Notes under the pieces: model-generated
What the model was told of the DNA's origin: nothing
Databases searched by the model: none
What the model saw: the letters and a program-made list of their open reading frames with translations, nothing else
Part shown: one piece after another, positions 1-11,255 of the stretch
Position numbering within the stretch: position 1 is the stretch's first letter
Layout: each line of letters opens with the position of its first letter
Made by a program: the position numbers and the translations under genes
From: Eremomyces bilateralis CBS 781.70
Lineage: Eukaryota
Strand: one strand, 5' to 3'
Length of the DNA: 64,000 bases
Assembly: GCA_010015585.1 (NCBI GenBank)
Contig: ML975150.1

Positions 1-306
1 GTCGATAATCACCCTTTCTTCCATATTTGAGAGCTTTTTCGAATTCGGGACACAATCGCTTCGTGCAGTCATTCCGTTGCGGCGGTCACGTAAGGTACTC
101 CACGGGACGTTGTAAGCTTTTGCAGCTTCTCGAATTGATTGAACTTGGTCTTGTTCGATAGTCTGGATGGCTAGGTTCATTCTAGCTTCATTTGAAGGTA
201 ATTGAGGGCTCTGTTGTTGAGACATTGCGAAAAAATCGTGATGATCGCTGTTACGGAGATGAAGTGGGCGACTCGGTGGTTTGGGCGACTCGCTGGTGGA
301 TTACGT
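1..306 (-). mobile_element. 5' end of a Fot1/pogo-family DNA transposon (TIR plus transposase N-terminal HTH), cut by the window edge
   Basis: Minus strand reads TA|ACGTAATCCACCAGCGAGTCGCCCAAACCACCGAGTCGCCCA, a TIR with an internal direct repeat typical of Fot1/Tan1-like ends. An ATG at 225 then gives MSQQQSPQLPSNEARMNLAIQTIEQDQVQSIREAAKAYNVPWSTLRDRRNG...SKKLSNMEERVIID (psq-type HTH). Confidence 0.85.
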
Positions 307-1366
307 TAGTTAACTTAACTAAGTTAGTTAACCAGAAAACGAAGAATTCATAGTCCAGACCTATCCCCTTCGTCGTCGTCGCCTGTATGCCCGAATCCTT
401 AAGTTCTGAGCGCTGTCCTATTAAGACAGATACTAGGAATACCAAAAGAGTACTCCGCACTCTACTTAGGACAAGTTCAGCCGGACTTGCATCGAACTGG
501 ACACTTTTGATATGCCAAATGGAGTACGGAGTAAGAGAGTAGTATTATTGAATTATAATTGTATCATCCGAAGACTACGCTGGCATGTCCAACTACCGAG
601 AGCTGCTAGTGACGGACTGACGGTACACTCGGTGGCTTCAATTCAGGGGTACGAATAGGGGGCGCAGATCGTCCAGAAATCCGAAGAGCGGGTGACTGTG
701 CGGTTGCCAATAGCTTTGCCATACGGTACCATCTGGACACCACATCCCACCCAAGTCTTCATCACCGAGTATCGAGTTTCCAGAAGGACGATAAATTTCC
801 AAACCGCATCTACTAATACTCGGGTACTGATATCTTGTGGAACTTGGCTTATTCAGGCTCCCCCTTCTTCCGGTGTTCGGCTCGCGTCGATCACGGCTCG
901 GTTGGAATTATGTATCCCGCAAAGTCTGAGGGCCACCAATAAGGGGAGTTTTCATGAAGCTAGTATCTGATTAGAGGCCAAGAGCACCATTCAATGCTGT
1001 ACGGCTAGATTTTATGGTGAGTAGTATGTTGTTCCCGCTACAAATCACGTTCAACATACGTAGTAATTATTACTGCTACATCTGATATTTTGCGCCCCAA
1101 CGTGGTGGCAAAGAGCGACTAGACGTCTACTTTGTGAGTCCGAGTCCCTTCTTTAAGCTCCTAGGCATTTGTGGGAACCTGAGTCGGCAATGGGGTATTT
1201 CTTTCAATTGTCCAAGAAAGAAGATTCGAAAGAGGAGGAAAAGTTATGGAATTTCACCTAATGGTATCTGTATCTACCGTAACGCCATGAGTGAGGAGGA
1301 ATCAGCATGATGTTGAAGTCCAATCTCGCAATCATGTACTCTGTACCTGTCCAGCTCGCTCTCGTT

Positions 1367-1425
1367 CTTTTCTTCTTCTTCTTCCTCCTCCTCCTCCTCC
1401 TCCTCCTCCTCCTCCTCCTCTTCTT
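1367..1425. repeat. (CTT)n(CCT)n trinucleotide microsatellite
   Basis: Directly visible: tcttcttcttcttcctcctcctc...ctccttcttt. Confidence 0.9.
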
Positions 1426-1465
1426 TCTCCCGTTGCGTCTCCTCCACCGCCTTCGCAAGCGCTTC

Positions 1466-2089
1466 TCACTCCGTTTTGCTTTTGTGGCTCGGCTGCGAGA
1501 AGAGGGCGCCAAAGAATGACAGAATACTGGTCGATCGGCGTGCAACGCAGTAGTAGAGCGTCAATCCCATGACCAATATCTCCTGCTTCACGGCATCACT
1601 GTTCGCTTTCGGCCCCATGAATTCGATAGTGCCGATTTTCTTGAAAGCCCAGCAGTTTACGGAATACTTCGCGACGGGGCTTTGATCGGCGTCCATGCAG
1701 ATGAAATCCCAGACCCTGAAGTCGCTGTCTCTGGTCCAGTGCATGGTTACGGGCTCGTCAGTGTCGGAGTAGGTGCGGGACTGGTGGGTATACTCGACCT
1801 TAAAGCGCTTCTGTGCTTTAAGCGTGATGGACTGATTGTTCAACTCGCAGTCGGCATCGATGCCGAAGGTGTGCAGTGAGCCGGTGCCAAAGGTCGACTC
1901 GTCCTCGGCACGCTTGAAAACCAGATGGGGCTTGAGCGATTTGAAGTCGACGAGGTAGACTGGTTTTGCCTCTGGATCGTCTTTCCCGACGACTTTCGCT
2001 GTGAAGTCCTTCCAGGAGAAGTCAACCTGGAGAGTACGGCCCTGCATTGAGGCTTTTTCGTGCGGTAGCATCTCTATCGAATGCTCCAT
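1466..2089 (-). CDS. Fungal hypothetical protein, 207 aa, beta-rich (possibly tubby-C/LURP-like fold)
   Basis: Uninterrupted ORF with coding-like composition. The fold is a guess from the pattern of beta strands and a C-terminal hydrophobic helix (EILVMGLTLYY). Confidence 0.65.
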   Translation of the reverse strand: MEHSIEMLPHEKASMQGRTLQVDFSWKDFTAKVVGKDDPEAKPVYLVDFKSLKPHLVFKRAEDESTFGTGSLHTFGIDADCELNNQSITLKAQKRFKVEYTHQSRTYSDTDEPVTMHWTRDSDFRVWDFICMDADQSPVAKYSVNCWAFKKIGTIEFMGPKANSDAVKQEILVMGLTLYYCVARRSTSILSFFGALFSQPSHKSKTE

Positions 2090-3050
2090 TGCGTTGTGAT
2101 CTTTTCTCGTGACGAGAGGCTGTTGAGCTCAGTGTGGACAGGGTAGAGGCCGGTTTGGTTTTCTGACTCAGTCTTGCAAAGGTCTTTGAAGGGATTGGTT
2201 ACGGTAGATGGAGTTATCCTGCTGGTTCCGGTGGTGAAGGAGATGATTCGCGACAACCGAATTATATAACCTGATGTTAGAAAATATCGATCGACACCTT
2301 CCTCCATCCCGGCCGACGTGCCATCTCGCCCGATCTCGGTAGGAATTGCACTGGGACATCATGATCATCAGTAAATATTCCGTACAGGAGCAAGAGATCG
2401 ACGCAGGCGCGGTTTAAGCACTGCCATCTGTGGGTACGAACTCCAGTCCCCACGTGGGCCAACCAATGTTGGCGGGAACGGGCTCAGGAATGAATGAATC
2501 AATCAATCAATCAAACCAATGCATGTACGTAGTCTTCTCGATACAACAATTATCTACAACTTCATAATATCAGACCCTGCGATACACAATAAAAGACATG
2601 ACAATCACCTACTGGGTCTTGAATCAGACCAGATACTCCACCAAAATTAGCGACCGGGGTCGCCCCCAAAAGTTCAACTACGCGTGCCCTTCGAAACCGC
2701 CGATGCTAATCTTTTATTGTAGGCTTATTTCGATATATTTTTTAATATACTATAAAAGAGTGGGTCCTTTTACCCTTTACCTAGCCCCGCGTGAACTTTC
2801 GAGTACTGAAAGTTAAATGGTTGGCTGAAACGGCTGGGAACTCTGAAAACTTCAACTACGCGTCCACACAAATCTTACAAATGGACCTCAGACGGCATCT
2901 AAAGATGCCTTGCCTGCACCGCCACATTATAGTCACGTGCAGCATCTGAAGATACCGTCTGAGGCTCTGAGCTTGCTGAGATAAGCATAAACCTTGAGTC
3001 ACTTTGTTAGGCACTCAAGCCTCCCGTCTCTTCGTTCCTCCAGGCACTTC

Positions 3051-3236
3051 TGCAGCCTCTCGAATTGATTGAACTTGGTTTTGTTCGATAGTCTGGATAG
3101 CTAGGTTAATTCTAGCTTCATTTGAAGGTAATTGAGGGTGCTGTTGTTGAGACATTGCGAAAAAACCGTGATGATCGCTGTTATGGGGATGAGATGGGCG
3201 ACTCGGTAGTTTGGGCGACTCGCTGGTGGATTACGT
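3051..3236 (-). mobile_element. Second, truncated copy of the Fot1/pogo 5' end at 1-306
   Basis: 3051-3242 aligns ungapped with 121-312 (offset 2930), with scattered substitutions. Confidence 0.85.
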
Positions 3237-3240
3237 TAGT

Positions 3241-3445
3241 TAGGCATATGTTATCTAGGATAGAGCACGCCTGGTCAGCGAACGATCCTCGGCTAATTAT
3301 CTATCTATTCGCTTAATTGCCCCGCTATAGACCTCGTTAAGCGCTGCCGAACCTTTCGACAGCTTCCCTAGAGTGGACATCACTTTCTGTCTATTCCTTT
3401 TATCAAGGAGCGAGTCAACATGAAGACGCGCGAGAATGAACCTAG
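3241..3445 (-). pseudogene. NACHT-ankyrin (NLR-like) gene fragment with nonsense codons
   Basis: After a CTAG acceptor the minus strand reads FILARLHVDSLLDKRNRQKVMSTLGKLSKGSAALNEVYSGAIKRIDR*LAEDRSLTRRALS*ITYA*. This is the usual post-NACHT helical segment, with stops at expected Q/W positions. Confidence 0.7.
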
Positions 3446-3494
3446 CCGCCTTATAAGTACGAATATATCGTAAGAGAAAATGTCTAAAGAGTAC

Positions 3495-3810
3495 TTATTG
3501 TAACGGATCACGATAATATCTTGATTTCAGGGGCGAAAACCATACAACATCTAAAGGCTGGAGGACATGGGAAGAATGGGCTGGCAAATACAAAATAAAT
3601 ACCTTACTATCTTTCGCCAACTTCATAAGCTCGATCGTAGCATGCGTACCGTGCCCGTCACATACCAAAAGGCGCCATTCTTGGGGGTCTTCTTCTCCAT
3701 AATGGTTCAGGGTTTGGCCTCCGTAAGAACCTTTTCTCGAGCCATTGTAGGCCAATTTCGTTAGATGTCCAGGCATTTTCTGAGGACGTATAATGCCAGT
3801 TCGGGGCCTC
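3495..3810 (-). mobile_element. Fot1/pogo DDE transposase fragment; inverted copy of part of the 15.5-17.5 kb element
   Basis: LVCDGHGTH...LPAHSSHVLQPLDV motif; nucleotide similarity to ~16445-16742 in reverse orientation. Confidence 0.85.
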
Positions 3811-3860
3811 TAAGGCCTTGCTTGGCCTACAACATTATTAACTTCTTTACATGATTATCT

Positions 3861-5221
3861 TTACTCTTTTGCCGCAACAAACTCCTTACGCCTCTTCATG
3901 CCCGCAAACGGACACTCTCCTGCTCCCCGACCCTTCATAAACTCGACCGTCGCCCTCATATCCTCAAGACCCTTGCCCTCTTGCGGTGGCGGTCCGATCG
4001 ACTTTAGGTCATACCCCGTTGGCTTATACCTGTCGCCTTTGCTGCCGGGTTTCCTAGCGCCAAACATCCTCAGAAGCACTGCGCCAGGACTCCAAATCGA
4101 CCAGAAGCCAGGTTGAACATACCAAGGCTGGAAGCCCCCATGACCGAAGTTGTACAAGCCCTCAGCATTTGGTGTAGACGCGACGGATTGATAGGCGAAA
4201 ACCTCTGGGCGGGGTAGCGCAAGGTAGCGGAGGAGCATCTTGCGGGTGTTCCTGATAGCGAATAGGAGAGCAGACACGAACGGCCCAGGGGCTTCGATGC
4301 AGAGGCTTGTCCTCATCGTATCATCCAGATCCGAACCAACGACCTGTCTAAGGAGTGCCGTGACTCCCTTGCCCAACTTCTTGGTGGCTGAATCAACATA
4401 GACTCTCACATACTGATCTCCTGTTGCCGTCGGTCTTGCAACCTCTTTCTCATATTCCTTCGTCCATTCAATCAGCTCAGTCATAAAATGCAACCCATCC
4501 TGCCATCCTAACTCAAAACTTTCTAATGGAGTAAATAGGATCTCCAAGTCTTCGCCAAGGTTGCGATGGAAGATTCCCACGGCGCACTTTTCGACATCGC
4601 TGAGATTCCGCCACTCTTCGTTATCTATAACATGCACGATCTCCAACGCTCCGTCGCCCAACGTGTGCAGAAGGTCCATGTCTAGAATCTTTCCCGCTTT
4701 ACGATATCGAGCGTGGAGGTAGTTCATTCGTGCAACAGCATCCATGTAGCGCTCAGAATCCCGTGGCTGTGTTTGTGACTCACGTAGAAGAACCTCCGTA
4801 TCGACAGCTCGCCTTCCTGCATTCCTGGCGTTATTTTGACCCGTGACGGCAAACAGCTTTGACATCGTGGGTATCCCGCCCGCCTATATAATCAAGTCAG
4901 CGGCAATACCACAAGGGTTAGAGTACTACTACATACCTTCAGAAGAGCAACACTTCGCGCCTTGTTCATCGCATAAGGAAACTCAAGCGATTGCAGCTGG
5001 GTCATGATTTCGAACGCTTCCTGCGTAGTCATGCTCGACAACGGCCTTTTACCATCCGTAAAGGGAGACGCAATCCTGTTTGTACGCTTGTAACGCAACC
5101 AACGAACGAGTGCAAGGTATGTAACTATAACAACCACGAAGACATAATGCTTCGCGGTAAAAGCTCGCATATATGCTAGTGAGATTGACAAACTCAAGGG
5201 ATGCAATGCTTTTGGAGCCAT
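3861..5221 (-). CDS. ER-bound oxygenase mpaB/DUF2236-like protein (2 exons; intron ~4884-4936)
   Basis: N-terminal TM helix. LEFP...SVALLK|AGGIPTMSKLF..TG...RAVDTEVLL and ARMNYLHARYRKAGKI..DLLHTL motifs match the mpaB-like family. A GT..AG intron joins ORFs 4892-5221 and 3861-4865. Confidence 0.8.
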
Positions 5222-5851
5222 GATGAAGGCTGAGTAGAAACAGATTGCAGTATTACCTAAATGAAAATAGGGCAGATAGTCCAGGCTATATACATGCCAT
5301 TAATATTGCCGAATCGGTGGACGTCAGACTTCACGAAATGGAGCCGAGAAAAGCTTTCACATGATTTACACCAAGTCTTCCAGTATTCCGTATCATTGGT
5401 CGGTCGAACTTTGTTCAGGCCAAGCCGATTGGATGTTCACGATCCATTCCCACATATGGCCCATGGTCGAGCGCGCTAGAAGCAATAAGCCAATCAAATC
5501 ACAACCGATAACCTTGTGTAAATGTTTTGCAAGACGTACCGACCTTGACGTAGAATGACCTCGACAGCAGAACATTGCGAACCTTAGCAAATGTAGTGGA
5601 AACAGATAAACTAATCATGGTGCTGACAGCTGTAGGACCTCGGTTACCCGGTACTTTGTGTCGTATGTGTATGCCAAATCTTCGGGCCCAATAAGGAAAG
5701 TATATTAATACAATACCTATCCTCTCGTGTGATCGTGTGCATTGGTTGTCGCATCTAGCAATCCACGTCATTTCCCCATTAAGGGGCCTGAATTTGTGTC
5801 GCTCAACAAGAGTAAACCATTACACCTAGACATCACTGCGGATCGTCGACA

Positions 5852-6487
5852 ATGGACTACTTCCAATCTATTCCCTGGTGCGCGGCGCTTCTCGAAAAAC
5901 CCGGCATTGTTCCATACACACCCACGTGCCGCCTCGAACCAGACGCCAACGGCGCTCTCCCAACACAAGACCAATTCTTCCGCATCAATCTCAGAAGCAG
6001 CGACTTAATTCCCCATGCAATCGGCTTCTACCAAGACCCGTTCTCCCCTGCTACCATTTCACCCTCTCCAACCTCATCTGGTCTCCGTCTCCTGATCCAC
6101 TCCTCCACCTTAATGCTAGACCTCCGTCCCGGAACGAATGGCTATAACGGGTCCGCACACGGCGGGCTCATGTCCACGCTGATCGACGAAGCGATGGGCT
6201 CTCTTATCTATATCAACCATCAGCTATACACTGAAGTCGAAGCAAAACACAAAGAGAAGATGCCATCGAATGTTCTGAACATGCACGGAGTTGCGATGTT
6301 CACGGCGGGTATGAATGTACGGTTCCTAAAGCCGTTAGGGACGCCGCAGGTCGTGCTAGTGACGGCAAGCCTCAACAAAATTGAAGGGAGGAAAGTGTAC
6401 TTAGACGTCCAAGTGAAGGATAGGGAGGGGGTTAGGTTTGCAAGCTGTGAAGGGATGTGGATGAGTGTATTAAGGGAGAAGCTGTGA
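5852..6487 (+). CDS. Thioesterase superfamily (HotDog fold, PaaI/THEM4-like)
   Basis: NGYNGSAHGGLMSTLIDEAMG and TAGMNVRFLKP motifs; intact 211-aa ORF. Confidence 0.85.
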   Translation: MDYFQSIPWCAALLEKPGIVPYTPTCRLEPDANGALPTQDQFFRINLRSSDLIPHAIGFYQDPFSPATISPSPTSSGLRLLIHSSTLMLDLRPGTNGYNGSAHGGLMSTLIDEAMGSLIYINHQLYTEVEAKHKEKMPSNVLNMHGVAMFTAGMNVRFLKPLGTPQVVLVTASLNKIEGRKVYLDVQVKDREGVRFASCEGMWMSVLREKL

Positions 6488-7777
6488 GATGGTGGAATGA
6501 TCTTTTAGGGGCACAGCGATGGGTGCCGGGTTACGCAGTTGGTAACGTAACTTGTCTCGGACATTGTAATTAAGATCCCATCGCTCAGCAAGCTCTTCGA
6601 AGGAAGCGGGAGGGCGATCGTGAAGCATTGGGTCTAGGGACTGACCATTGCTATGGAAAATCCCGCAGCCAGTACAACCTGGAGTCCCATAGGATACACT
6701 CTGGGTGTCGGTAGCGCAGAGAGGGCCTTGGACGCCAATGAAGAGATCAAGCAACGCTTCGGGGTAGTGCTAGTATGAGACGTATCCTTGCATCTTTTTA
6801 AAGTACGTCCCAGGCTGCCCTAAAGGCCTCTTAGTAGCAGGATCAATAGCTACGTAGGAGGCATCCCCAGGTTGTCCAATTAGCGTAGGGAGAGATCCAG
6901 CGGAGGATGTTGCAGGCTCAACCTGAGGTTGCTGTAATTGGGACTCCGGATCCGCTTCCACAGCGGTGGTAGCATCAGACGGCACTCCCCATACAAATTC
7001 AGTGGTGAGCTCATCCTCAGATACCTCGTCATCGGAAGCGGTGGTGTCTGAAGCTGATGGGAGCATCGAAAGCATAGTTGATCGCTTCGATTGTACAGAT
7101 TAGAGTTGCGATGAGCAATGGAGCGGGCAAAAAGGCGCAAAAGCTGTAATTTTCGTACCGCGTTGTGATTGGAGTCTATTAGTACGCTAACTTGGCGCCA
7201 CCAAGCCCCTCCCGGCGCTAAAAAGGAATGAACCAGATGGACCGTGCATGGAATAGGAATCCACATCTTCTCTACTATCTGTCTTTGTAACACCTAAAAA
7301 GGGAAAGAATAGGGATAGAATCGAATACGGAATGGAGCTGTGCGGAAACGCCAAGAAACACAGATATTCTGTGACACCTAATACGGAGTACATGCCTTCC
7401 AAAAAGCCCTGGTTACCTTTGCGATCATACAAACATCTGTACGTCAACCTACCACAACAAATCACCAAAGCTAGAAACCATCACCAAAATGCGCTTTCAA
7501 ACCCGATTCCTTGCTAGCTACTGGCCGCTCAGGTGTTCTTAGATTAGCCTTATCCAGGAGGCGAAGGGTTTTCTCTCGTCTCTGGCGATGTTCCGTAGTC
7601 CACTAATAGCTTCTCAATATCAGCACATCTGCCAGCATTACTTTCAGGCACATGTATTCGATGCATTGGATGATATGGGCTTAGCAATTGAGGATTTACA
7701 GAACAAAGAGACCGCAAGTGCTCTCCTCCTAGTTCGTATTGACAAGAGAATTAATCCTATTGAAGCTAGTCACAGCA

Positions 7778-9325
7778 TTACGAGCGTATAGCATTCGCTC
7801 CAGTGGTAGCATTCATTACCGTTGAAGATGTATTTGCAGCAGGAAGACTGTCGTCCGCAGCAAAGATGATGGCCAGCATTCCCATTGCCTCTGCCCCTCC
7901 TGCATCAGAGACCATCCCTTCTGAGCTGTGGTCACCATGACCCATTGATGCCATAGGACGTCTAGAAGATCCATTTCATCAGCTAGGGATCATGGAAAAT
8001 TGAGAACCAGTTAGTGGCAACTTACAGTTTGTGTTTGATGAGATCATATGTTGCTGCGACGATAACCTCATCCCCTTTCTTCACACTGACAGGATCCAGG
8101 CACTTCGTATAGTTCTGAATGGTTCGCCACTCAGAACCTTCGAGGACAAGAGTACCTGATTCACCTCCATACAGAGCGGTTGAAGTACATACTAGCATGC
8201 GATTGACGTACAGGCTCACATCAACACCACCATCGTGGAGGTGAGCATGCATGTTGTACAAAGTCCCGGCTCTGGTTACTGTGTAGGAAGGTGAGAGCAT
8301 GGTGGTTGACTTGTTCGCAGGCGGATCTAGATGGCATCAGTGTCAGAGTCCAGTAAATATGAAATGTCAAAGGAGTACTTACAGTATGCAACGCCTCTGC
8401 ATCCCAAGACGCTCACGGATGTCATGGAGGCGTCTTTGTATCCTTCGGGGCGACCAGGGACGTACTCATATTGGATGGTGATGTAAACGCTTTGCTCTTC
8501 TTTCCTGTAGTTCACAAACTCCGAAGAATGGATGATTCTGTCCGTGGGACTGACATATGATCCAGCCTTTAGGTTACCTTTCCTCACAAAATAATCAATT
8601 GGAGTCCCATCGTCCCCACTCCCCATGATCTGCGTAAGGCCAGCGAATTGTCTCTTTGAATGTGAATGTGAGTGGCTGTCCATATTGGATTCGGAACCAT
8701 TGGAGTGGCCTCCAGCCTCTGATCCTGCGGCTGGTGTAGTTGAGGCACCGGGCAAAGGGGGAAGGTTTTCAGTGGAGCAATTGAATGGATTCGGTGTAGT
8801 CTTTCCCATATTCCCTATAAAAACATGGTGATTGTAGACTCCAGTGGCTATGTCTGCATGAGATCCATTCTCATAAGTCAGGTCGGTACTGCCAAAGAGG
8901 ATGATGCAGTTCTTGCAGAGCCCTTCAAGCACTCCACTGAAGGCACTGCCATTGGGATCAAGAGTTGCATCCGTATGCGCAGCCTGTTCATTTCAGTCAG
9001 TTTCTTGCATGGTTAACTGCCATCTGGATCGTATTGACTCACACCAGCAGGTCGAAGCTTAAGTGGACCGTAGCGCACAATCTCTCGCTCTGCAATTGGA
9101 TATAGCAATGGAGCCAACTTTTCAATTGTCGCTGGTTGGATAGGATTCAGTCCTTGTGGTAGAGGAACTGCTAACTGGCGGCGACCTTTGGATCTGATCA
9201 GTCGAGTATCTCAGTCCTCATTGACGCTGCAACATACCCAGTCGATCAGAGTCTGGCAAAGCTGGTAGGCCAGCAATACCTTGACCGAGAAGCAAAACTG
9301 TCAGCCAGCTCTTCGATAGTCCCAT
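7778..9325 (-). CDS. Multi-exon secreted protein of unknown function with PHM-like His/Met pattern
   Basis: ATG at 9325 with signal peptide MGLSKSWLTVLLLGQGIAG. Exons include ORFs 8327-8932 and 8022-8300. Motifs YNHH, HAHLHDGG, EAMGM; TAA stop at 7778-7780. Confidence 0.7.
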
Positions 9326-9982
9326 CTTGCTTCCTTTACCCGATTCTCGCTATTGTGGTCAAGTTCTCCTGCCCACTATTTATACGGGTGCTGTCCTGAC
9401 ATGATCCAGAGCACGTGCTTTGACAACTCTCGCGAAGCATACCGTTGCGGTGCATAATTTTCCGTCTCTTCCAAGCATTGAAAATGCGGTCTATGCCATA
9501 TTCGGCTTATGAAAGCATTTGTGCAACTAATTTATGATTGATTCGAGTTGATAGCGGTCTTGAGAGTGCATTACGAGCGAATCCGAAGTTTTTAATCTGT
9601 CCTTTGCCCTATTGATCACGGTGAAAGAGCCAATACGGATCTGAATCAAGAAATTAAAGAGGGACTGCGACTGAGATGGGTCCAGTTCATTTCGACGGAA
9701 GATCGAAACAGGGCTTCCATGTTATGGTTCTTCCTTGTCTATGTGCGATACACCTAGGTCCAAATCTGCCATCGACCTCTTAATAAACCATAGGAATTAA
9801 CTCTCCAGTTCAGGAGGCATGGATAATGGATTAATTCTCAAATGCAATTTGTACTTCGCGATGAGGAATTATGACCAGTATAGTTGTGCCAACGTTGAGC
9901 AAGGGCGGCTCTAATATATCCAATGCCTTAACTAGTTAGGGAACTAGCTATGGATAGTCGCTGCTTCTGTCCTGATCCCAAC

Positions 9983-10239
9983 TGTCGCATTTTGCGGGGA
10001 TGATGATTAAGCACGATCGCTGCTTAAGCTCAGTTACTGTAGAGTCATAGTTAACGCAAATTGGTATTAGTTAACGATTCCCATTATCTAGAAAAGGGGA
10101 TCTAGCTAGTAAGGCAGATGAAGATAACTTAAATACATAGGAGAAGACTGAAGAGCCCTGATTAGGCCTAGCCCAGGGGTAGAGGGCAGTGAAAGGAATG
10201 TTAGGTGGCAGTAGAAGCCAACAGGGGCATCTTGCGACA
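9983..10239. mobile_element. Solo LTR, family B
   Basis: TGTCGCA...TGCGACA termini; 5-bp TSD CCAAC (9978-9982, 10240-10244); homologous to 18159-18406. Confidence 0.9.
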
Positions 10240-10302
10240 CCAACCCTCCTACTGAGTATTGTACTTCATCGGCCCAACAGTTCGGGTTTTATACGGTCCC
10301 TT

Positions 10303-10489
10303 TGTGACAGTCTTGGGCTTCGTCCAGTCTGTGTGTTGTGGCCTTGCGGCCTAAGGCAGAAGAGATAGGTAGACTGTTCGCCCACAGATGTAAATAGCAG
10401 ATCGCAGTAAGAGAGATCTTTTCCTTTCTCTTTAACAATTCATCAGCGTTACCAGCTTACCAAATCCTTCGTGGTTTGGGCCTATGACA
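10303..10489. mobile_element. Solo LTR, family A
   Basis: TGTGACAG...ATGACA termini; 5-bp TSD CCCTT (10298-10302, 10490-10494); near-identical to 15745-15932. Confidence 0.9.
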
Positions 10490-11255
10490 CCCTTCGGCAC
10501 CCTATTACAAATAAATCTTTAGTTACGCAACGTACTATGCTCGTCGTGGCCGTTTTCGGCCCATTTAAGACCCTGCAGAGCAAAGGCAGCATAAGAGCGA
10601 GTTGACGATCTGAATGTGCAGCCGACTCTAGATAAGGCTCGTGTATCCATAATGAGCAAATCAACCATGCGATATCGAATCAGTTTATCCACCCTGTCGA
10701 ATATTTAACGTTAATCACGCTTACTGACCTTAGTTTCCTTTCTAAGGTTTTCACAGAAGTTTGTCCGGTCGATACGCCTGACGATATTTTTATCGAGCTC
10801 TATGAAGGGAGTAGGGAAGCTTAGCGCCACTGTCTGAACTTCCTCATGTGTCACAGAATATCTGTGTTTCTTGGTGTTTCCCCACGGCTTTATTCCGTAC
10901 TCGATTCTATACCCCTATTCTTTCCCTTTACTCGCGCCCCACGCTCATTACTTGTAATGGGCGTTAGCCAGCCCAATGTACAGGAAATAGTCCCAGGACG
11001 CGTCGAAGCGTGTTATCTTCGCACCATTACCGTATTCCGTACTTATTTTGGTGGATTAGTGAATTTAATCCAATTATCTAAGCTGCTAGATATTGTTTGA
11101 AGTTCTAATTCATTTCCATCGTGGTTTGATATGCCGCCCAATCTAGCCACTCTTCCACCCTAAAACCCACCCCCACAATTGAATCATGCCTATCCCTCGC
11201 CCCATCATGAAACCTGAGAAAGAAAGGATAGAGGAACCCTCCATTGGCACTACAG

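Noticed and set aside
1104..1112. GGTGGCAAA (Rpn4/PACE-like motif)
   Set aside because: It is over 50 kb from RPN11 and in degenerate sequence; no exact match was seen in the RPN11-RLP24 divergent promoter.
1258..1572. Poly-Arg, poly-Pro and poly-Leu ORFs
   Set aside because: They are alternative-frame readings of the CCT/CTT microsatellite.
2645..2870. Repeated TTCAACTACGCGT and a short palindrome, suggesting a transposon end
   Set aside because: No partner TIR, TSD or coding remnant was found in the window, so it cannot be classified.
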